32,000 nt of DNA from Arthrobacter phage Kalizoi. Below the pieces are notes generated by a model. The model made no database searches, was not told the DNA's origin, and saw nothing but the letters and a program-made list of their open reading frames with translations. Shown in pieces: positions 27,455 to 32,000 of this stretch (its first letter is position 1; every line of letters starts with the position of its first letter). Where the stretch lies: the sequence record PQ184829.1; one strand, written 5' to 3'. The position numbers were made by a program, and so were the translations under genes.

Positions 27455-27712
27455 CTAGTCGAACATCAGGGCTTCTGTCGTGTCGTCCACCGAGACGAGG
27501 CTCTCACCGAGGGCCGAGCGCTCCGGGACCTGAGCTACGTAGTGGGTCGTGTTGGCGTCCTCGTTCCAGACCTTGTACCAGACCCGGTTGGTGCGGAAGT
27601 CCACGAAGATTTCGCCCGTCAGGGAGAGCGAGGGGTCCAGGTCCGTCAGTTCGACGGCGAGGTCGGTCATTACGGACTTGAGGTTGGCGAGGGTTTCGGT
27701 CTTGAGTTCCAT
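27455..27712 (-). CDS. Hypothetical protein (85 aa)
   Basis: GAAGGAGCCAAAA before ATG 27712, own promoter. Confidence 0.7.
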   Translation of the reverse strand: MELKTETLANLKSVMTDLAVELTDLDPSLSLTGEIFVDFRTNRVWYKVWNEDANTTHYVAQVPERSALGESLVSVDDTTEALMFD

Positions 27713-27756
27713 TTTTGGCTCCTTCGTTGCGGGGGCTGTCTGCCCCTCTAAATTAA

Positions 27757-27785
27757 ATTTTACACTATCGTTGCCCGCGAGTCAA
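27757..27785 (-). promoter_or_regulatory. Promoter TTGACT-N17-TAAAAT
   Basis: -35 complement at 27780-27785, -10 complement at 27757-27762; leader hairpin 27732-27746. Confidence 0.8.
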
Positions 27786-27831
27786 GCCCGGGTACAGGTC
27801 GGCCCCGGACTTATCGCCCGGGGCCTCGCTG

Positions 27832-28065
27832 TTAGTCGCCCATCTTGTCCATGTCGCGCTTGCGCGGGGTGCTGTAGCAGATCGTCCGGATCAGGGCGAC
27901 CGAGACTCCCCATTCCGAGGCGATCAGGCTGGTCGGCACGCCGTCCGCGAACTCCTCGCGGATTTTGGCCATTGCCGCGTCCTGCAGCTTCCGGCGACGG
28001 CCTACGCTGTCGTAGAAGTACTCCGCCTTGTAGGTGGCGGGCTTGCTGCTCTTGCGCTTGTTCAA
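27832..28065 (-). CDS. Small HTH-like protein
   Basis: TTG start at 28065 after TAAGGAGCCAACC; AKIREEFADGVPTSLIASEWGVSVALIRTICY. Confidence 0.65.
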   Translation of the reverse strand: MNKRKSSKPATYKAEYFYDSVGRRRKLQDAAMAKIREEFADGVPTSLIASEWGVSVALIRTICYSTPRKRDMDKMGD

Positions 28066-28112
28066 GGTTGGCTCCTTATCGAACTGGACCGGCCTTTCCG
28101 GTCCATATTTCA

Positions 28113-28141
28113 ATTAAATCACATCCTTGTCACTCAGTCAA
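28113..28141 (-). promoter_or_regulatory. Promoter TTGACT-N17-TTTAAT
   Basis: -10 complement 28113-28118, -35 complement 28136-28141; leader hairpin 28086-28104. Confidence 0.8.
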
Positions 28142-28156
28142 ATCGGGACAAGGGGA

Positions 28157-28183
28157 GACCCCCGGCCTGTACGACCGGGGGTC
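28157..28183 (-). terminator. Hairpin downstream of the 28192-28767 gene
   Basis: GACCCCCGG / CCGGGGGTC 9-bp stem, 9-nt loop; T-poor. Confidence 0.55.
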
Positions 28184-28191
28184 CAGGGGTC

Positions 28192-28767
28192 TTAGTTGGC
28201 CTCGTACTCCACCCATTCGCCGGAGCCGTCGCGCTTGGTGTTGCGCTCGGTCACGGTCTGAGTGCCTTCCTGCCCGATGAATGCCTGGGTGCTCGTGCGG
28301 GTTGGGTACTCCCAGCGTCCGATCTTCACGGTTCCGGTCGTGTAGATGCCGTCGTCCTCGAACATCGGCTCCGGGACCTCCGTTGCCGTCTCCTCGGCGT
28401 GCGCGGCCTCCTCGGCGGCTACGACCTCCGCGATCTTTCCTGCGGGCTTCGCGGGCTTGTCCTGCACCTTCGCGGGGGTCTTGCGGCCTGCTGCGCGCTC
28501 CAGCTTCGCGGCCTCCTTGGAGACCAGACGAGCGGCCATCATCTTAGCCTTGTGCTGGAGGTTCGCGGTCGGCAGTGCCTCCAACTTGTCAGCGTTCCCG
28601 GCGTCGTTGTAGTCCGCTGCCATTGCCCGGGCGACGTTGCCAGCGTGGCGGGCGTCGTGTCCCGGCTTGTACATCGTCTTGGCTGAGCTGGTGGCCTCGC
28701 CGCAACCGCAGGTGCACTTGCGGGTGGTGACGGTCTTGGCGGCTGCGGTGTTCTGGGTCTCGGTCAT
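28192..28767 (-). CDS. CxCGC...PGHD motif protein
   Basis: KCTCGCGEATSSAKTMYKPGHDARHAGNVA; ATG 28767 after GAAGGAGCCAAAA. Confidence 0.75.
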   Translation of the reverse strand: MTETQNTAAAKTVTTRKCTCGCGEATSSAKTMYKPGHDARHAGNVARAMAADYNDAGNADKLEALPTANLQHKAKMMAARLVSKEAAKLERAAGRKTPAKVQDKPAKPAGKIAEVVAAEEAAHAEETATEVPEPMFEDDGIYTTGTVKIGRWEYPTRTSTQAFIGQEGTQTVTERNTKRDGSGEWVEYEAN

Positions 28768-28815
28768 TTTTGGCTCCTTCACTGACGGGGCCGGTCCTTC
28801 CGGCCTCATATTTCT

Positions 28816-28844
28816 ATTAAAACATACCCTTGACTGCGTGTCAA
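28816..28844 (-). promoter_or_regulatory. Promoter TTGACA-N17-TTTAAT
   Basis: -10 complement 28816-28821, -35 complement 28839-28844; leader hairpin 28789-28805. Confidence 0.85.
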
Positions 28845-28849
28845 GTTAG

Positions 28850-28937
28850 TGGGACCGGGAGGAATCGAACCTCCCTAGCGGACTACGTACGAGGGGTGAC
28901 CTCACGACCGTGCCAGCTCCAGTTAACCAGGGGTCCC
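28850..28937 (-). tRNA. tRNA-like element, identity unclear (non-canonical or degenerate)
   Basis: 5' GGGACC pairs with GGTCCC-A 3'; perfect T-arm GGAGG-TTCGATT-CCTCC; D-loop-like AACTGGA; length 88 nt. Anticodon arm does not fold cleanly. Confidence 0.35.
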
Positions 28938-28967
28938 AGTGGGGGTCTCGGAGGACCCCCGGGGAGG

Positions 28968-29459
28968 CTACTTGGTGCGGGCGACTGCTGCCCGGAACTT
29001 GACCTGCAGGGGACCGGAGAGGATCGCGACCTCGGCGGGGACGAGACCCTGTTCGCGGGTCTCGCGGACCAGTCGGCTGACGTGCTTGGCGTCGTGGCCG
29101 GGACGATAGGCGGACTTGCCGGTGACCTGTACTCCGCAGCCGCACTTGCAACCGTCGCCCTCGGGGGACTTGGGGGCCTCGACCTTGGGAGCGTCCTTGC
29201 CGGTGAGGGTGTTCACTACGGGCAGGTACTTGAGGTTCCATCCTGGGTAGCGACCGTCGCGGATCTTGCGGGCCTCGGAGGAGGCGATGTACTTGGCGGC
29301 TGCAGCCTCGGTAAGGTGCCAGCTCAGGACCAGCTGCTGTCCGGTCTCCGGGTCCTCCAGTGCGGAGACCTTGACGTAATCGCGGTGGGTGCTGGTCTTG
29401 GTGACCTCGACGAGCTTGCCTTCTACGCCCTGTACGGTTGCGGTGTTGACGTGTGCCAT
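28968..29459 (-). CDS. CxCGC...PGHD motif protein
   Basis: CKCGCGVQVTGKSAYRPGHDAKHVSRLVRETRE; CAAGGAGCCGAAA before ATG. Confidence 0.75.
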   Translation of the reverse strand: MAHVNTATVQGVEGKLVEVTKTSTHRDYVKVSALEDPETGQQLVLSWHLTEAAAAKYIASSEARKIRDGRYPGWNLKYLPVVNTLTGKDAPKVEAPKSPEGDGCKCGCGVQVTGKSAYRPGHDAKHVSRLVRETREQGLVPAEVAILSGPLQVKFRAAVARTK

Positions 29460-29507
29460 TTTCGGCTCCTTGGTTCGTTTGGGGTTCCGGGTGAACCTCT
29501 AAGAACT

Positions 29508-29536
29508 ACTTTACCAGAATCTTGCCCTCGAGTCAA
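29508..29536 (-). promoter_or_regulatory. Promoter TTGACT-N17-TAAAGT
   Basis: -10 complement 29508-29513, -35 complement 29531-29536; leader hairpin 29483-29497. Confidence 0.8.
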
Positions 29537-29557
29537 GTTATCCCGAGGGCAAGATTC
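29517..29557. repeat. 14-bp perfect inverted repeat flanking the -35 element
   Basis: GAATCTTGCCCTCG (29517-29530) / CGAGGGCAAGATTC (29544-29557). Confidence 0.85.
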
Positions 29558-29562
29558 CCGTG

Positions 29563-29916
29563 TTACTTTGCGTTACTGGCACGGGCAGGCTCAAAGGGCT
29601 GGACCTTGAGTTCCACGAGGCGGTCCCGGAGACGGCCCCGCCCGTAGTTGATGATCGCGTGGTACAGGCGGTCCTGCAACGCGGCGGACGGCAACAGGAT
29701 GAAGGCGTCCGATACCTGAGTCTGAAAGTCCTTGAGCTTGGTCTTTCCGTGCTCCACGGAATCGATACCGTTGAGCAGCTCCTGCAACAGGTGCGAGATG
29801 TGCTTGCTGTCATGACCGGGCCGGTAGACGCTTCGGTAGCTGGCGGTAGCTTCCCCACAACCGCAGCGGCAAAGCGAGGAAATCGGACCGGTCGTTGGTG
29901 CTGGAAAATCAACCAT
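29563..29916 (-). CDS. CxCGC...PGHD motif protein
   Basis: LCRCGCGEATASYRSVYRPGHDSKHISHLLQELL; AATAAGGAGCCATTCCA before ATG. Confidence 0.75.
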   Translation of the reverse strand: MVDFPAPTTGPISSLCRCGCGEATASYRSVYRPGHDSKHISHLLQELLNGIDSVEHGKTKLKDFQTQVSDAFILLPSAALQDRLYHAIINYGRGRLRDRLVELKVQPFEPARASNAK

Positions 29917-29971
29917 TGGAATGGCTCCTTATTCGATGTGAGACCGAACTGGTTATAACCCCTGCCCCTCT

Positions 29972-30001
29972 ATTGTAAGACCGGATTTGCCAGCTTGTCA
30001 A
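29972..30001 (-). promoter_or_regulatory. Promoter TTGACA-N18-TACAAT
   Basis: -10 complement 29972-29977, -35 complement 29996-30001; palindrome GGTTATAACC at 29951-29960. Confidence 0.75.
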
Positions 30002-30022
30002 GATATGTGAGTAGACCCCGGC

Positions 30023-30052
30023 TAGACAGACAGTCAAATATGGTGGTAGAGT
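30023..30052 (+). promoter_or_regulatory. Candidate promoter TAGACA-N18-TAGAGT
   Basis: Shares GGTAGAGTAGT with the 22025 element; enclosed by inverted repeat CCCCGGCT/AGCCGGGG (30016-30023, 30066-30073). Confidence 0.5.
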
Positions 30053-30095
30053 AGTACTCAGACCCAGCCGGGGTGGCTCCTTACGGCTCGGTCCT

Positions 30096-30159
30096 TTGGA
30101 GGCCCGAGGGCAGATAGCTGGACGAAAGTCCCGCCAGGATTCGAACCTCGGGCCTCCAA
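30096..30159 (+). ncRNA. Structured leader RNA candidate
   Basis: 14-bp perfect stem TTGGAGGCCCGAGG/CCTCGGGCCTCCAA around internal hairpin GGAC-GAAA-GTCC. Confidence 0.55.
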
Positions 30160-30189
30160 CAGTATCCACAGGAGCCAAGATAGGGAGCC

Positions 30190-30399
30190 ATGCGAAACAT
30201 AGAAGTCCACACACTGGTCCGGGTCACGGATAGTGATAAAGCCAAGCCCGAGGGGTTCCGGATCAAGGCGGAGTACGCGCTGTCCACTGAGCTTGAGCCG
30301 GGTCTACTCGTGTCGGCCACGCGCTCGGAGATTGAGCGGATGGTCACCGAGTCCTCGGCCATGGCCTTCCTTGAACTGGATACGAGGTACCCTGCGTGA
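30190..30399 (+). CDS. Hypothetical protein
   Basis: ATG 30190 after AGGAGCCAAGATAGGGAGCC. Confidence 0.6.
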   Translation: MRNIEVHTLVRVTDSDKAKPEGFRIKAEYALSTELEPGLLVSATRSEIERMVTESSAMAFLELDTRYPA

Positions 30400-31142
30400 T
30401 TCAGCTCGACCGAATCTGCATCAACGAGTGCGAGGAGCACGCCCAACCCGGGCACCTGCTCTGCCAGACCTGCGGATTCAGGCTCTGGCAGGAACTGCAC
30501 TGGCTGGCCGACGTATACGACCCGCTATTCCAAGCCCTGACCCGGAGGCTCAATGTCGAAGAAAAAGCGGAACAAGTCAAAGTCAAAGGGGCGAAAGACC
30601 CCATGGTTACGGGGCTTGACCTTAACGACGAAGCTGCTAAAGTCCGGCACGATATACGAGGTATCGCTTATGCGGGAAGGGGTTGGATCAATCTACTCTT
30701 CGCTGGCACCAGTCGAGGCCCCGGTCGTAAAGACGTGCCCTACGAACTGCGCTATCTTGCACGTAACCTAGACACCCTCGACCGCGACCCCGCAGGGACC
30801 GACAAGATGCGGCACTGGGGAGCCAGGGTCGTCGCTGCAAGGCAGGCCGCAGAGAAGCTGGTCACCCCCGATCCGCTCATGTCCGCATACTTCTACCGGA
30901 TCGAGAACCTCGCCTGCTCCATCAAATCCGGCGAAGAGGGGGACTCCACCGTGGAGTGTGGCGGTGCCCTCGGAGTATGGATGGTCCAAGGAAAAATGGT
31001 GGACAAAGACTTCACCTGCGCAGTCAACCCCGGCCACACCGTGACCCGGGATAAAGCGATACTCGACGCCCACAAACGGGCAACCCAAGCCAAGGCGGCG
31101 ATGGGTCTGATTCAGGCAATACTGGGCAAAGGAGCCAAGTGA
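30396..31142 (+). CDS. Hypothetical protein with Cys/His-rich N-terminus
   Basis: MIQLDRICINECEEHAQPGHLLCQTCGFRLW...; 248 aa; GTG start. Confidence 0.7.
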   Translation: MIQLDRICINECEEHAQPGHLLCQTCGFRLWQELHWLADVYDPLFQALTRRLNVEEKAEQVKVKGAKDPMVTGLDLNDEAAKVRHDIRGIAYAGRGWINLLFAGTSRGPGRKDVPYELRYLARNLDTLDRDPAGTDKMRHWGARVVAARQAAEKLVTPDPLMSAYFYRIENLACSIKSGEEGDSTVECGGALGVWMVQGKMVDKDFTCAVNPGHTVTRDKAILDAHKRATQAKAAMGLIQAILGKGAK

Positions 31143-31267
31143 TGGGCAAGGTAACATACCTGATCAAGTGCGACGACTGCGGATCATGCGTCGAACTGGA
31201 CCACCCGCTCGCTGAGGGTGACTACTGGTTGTGCAATGTACACGGCAAGAAGATGGAGGAAGTCTGA
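31142..31267 (+). CDS. Small Cys-rich protein (41 aa)
   Basis: MGKVTYLIKCDDCGSCVELDHPLAEGDYWLCNVHGKKMEEV; AAAGGAGCCAAGTG before ATG. Confidence 0.6.
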   Translation: MGKVTYLIKCDDCGSCVELDHPLAEGDYWLCNVHGKKMEEV

Positions 31268-31482
31268 TGGATTTTTGTTGGGAAGATAGCGAGACCGGGT
31301 GTATCTGTGGCCACGGATGCGAGCCGCCCGAGTGGATGTTCAATGAACAGCCCAAGACGAGGCCCGTTCTGCCCCACACCTTCGGACGCGAGGACCCAGC
31401 CACCCTAACGCGGGAGCAGAGGCGGACACAGGCTAAGTCGCTCAAGAGGAGGGGCCGACCCTACAAGGTACAGGCCAAATGA
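31267..31482 (+). CDS. Hypothetical protein
   Basis: 71 aa, ATG overlapping previous TGA. Confidence 0.6.
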   Translation: MDFCWEDSETGCICGHGCEPPEWMFNEQPKTRPVLPHTFGREDPATLTREQRRTQAKSLKRRGRPYKVQAK

Positions 31483-31571
31483 TCGAGGATAAGATCGGGT
31501 TCTATATCCTAGCCTTCATTACGATCAGTGTGCTGGCCGAATGGGTACACCGCAAATGGCCCCACCCCTAG
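31479..31571 (+). CDS. Tiny single-TM protein (30 aa)
   Basis: MIEDKIGFYILAFITISVLAEWVHRKWPHP, ATGA overlap. Confidence 0.45.
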   Translation: MIEDKIGFYILAFITISVLAEWVHRKWPHP

Positions 31572-31651
31572 GGGGTAAGGGACCTATGGTATAGGGTGGG
31601 GTTCGTTGGGTATACTACCCCTATGTGACGAACCTCACCCATACCAATATA

Positions 31652-31681
31652 TTGACACCCAGTATACTTGACAAATAGAAT
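31652..31681 (+). promoter_or_regulatory. Promoter TTGACA-N18-TAGAAT
   Basis: -35 31652-31657, -10 31676-31681; 12-bp leader hairpin 31688-31717 begins at the predicted start site. Confidence 0.75.
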
Positions 31682-31739
31682 AGTAACGTTGGTTTCGTTT
31701 AATTGAACGGGACCAACAGTCGTGTTAGGGGTTGGGCAC

Positions 31740-32000
31740 ATGGCAGTAGACGAATGGGTGAACAACTCAGGCCGTAGACGCAAGATCGCGAAAGAGCTGC
31801 TGCCCAAAGGTGTGGTAGTCAAGTGCTGGATCTGCAAGCAACCCGGTGCCAACCAACTCGACCACATCAAGCCAAGGTCCAAATACCCCGAGCTGATCTG
31901 GGACCGCGCCAACATCGTCCCAGCGCACGACACATGCAACAACACCAAAAGCGATAATGACGGGGTCCCCAGTCTGGGGGTCCACTCGGAGGTCTGGTAA
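31740..32000 (+). CDS. HNH endonuclease
   Basis: CWICKQPGANQLDHIKPRSKYPELIWDRANIVPAHDTCNNTKSD: Cys ligands and HNH core. Confidence 0.88.
   Translation: MAVDEWVNNSGRRRKIAKELLPKGVVVKCWICKQPGANQLDHIKPRSKYPELIWDRANIVPAHDTCNNTKSDNDGVPSLGVHSEVW

Noticed and set aside
28830-29609. 259-aa plus-strand ORF opposite the PGHD-motif gene
   Set aside because: The minus strand has promoter, start motif and conserved motif; the plus frame is Gly/Leu-rich shadow.
30120-30165. Possible tRNA from T-loop-like GGTTCGAATCC on the minus strand
   Set aside because: T-stem has a mismatch and no matching 5' acceptor exists; the sequence is better explained by the 14-bp plus-strand hairpin. An attP role is possible, but no integrase is present in the window.
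1-32000. CRISPR array, transposon or retron/defence island
   Set aside because: No regularly spaced direct repeats, transposase, reverse transcriptase or Cas operon were seen; the Cas4-like nuclease fits a phage recombination role.

Overview
This 32 kb window is most of an actinobacteriophage-type, high-GC, long-tailed dsDNA phage genome. Left to right on the + strand: end of a major tail protein, tail assembly chaperones with a readable -1 frameshift, tape measure, distal/minor tail genes including an S74-type chaperone tail protein, and a lysis cassette (amidase endolysin plus membrane proteins). Next come a small HTH protein, an SNF2-type helicase, small zinc-finger genes, a RuvC-like protein, a RecB/Cas4-like nuclease, a RecA/Sak4-like ATPase, a putative ssDNA-binding protein, a PrimPol/ATPase replicase and a family A DNA polymerase. 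Directly after the polymerase is a PurZ-type adenylosuccinate synthetase (P-loop GSEAKGH instead of GDEGKGK), then a DUF5664/MazG-like putative nucleotide pyrophosphohydrolase and a fused deoxyribosyltransferase-like/dUTPase protein. This is a strong candidate for a 2-aminoadenine (Z) DNA biosynthesis locus. Other notable signals: two exact copies of the bacterial parS centromere sequence GTTTCACGTGAAAC; a recurring start-site module (5'-leader hairpin followed by AAGGAGCCAAA-start); five self-contained minus-strand cassettes, each with a near-consensus promoter; a family of four proteins sharing a CxCGC...PGHD motif; a repeat-rich candidate origin; a structured leader RNA; and a tRNA-like element. 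All calls come from reading the sequence and supplied translations; no database search was run.
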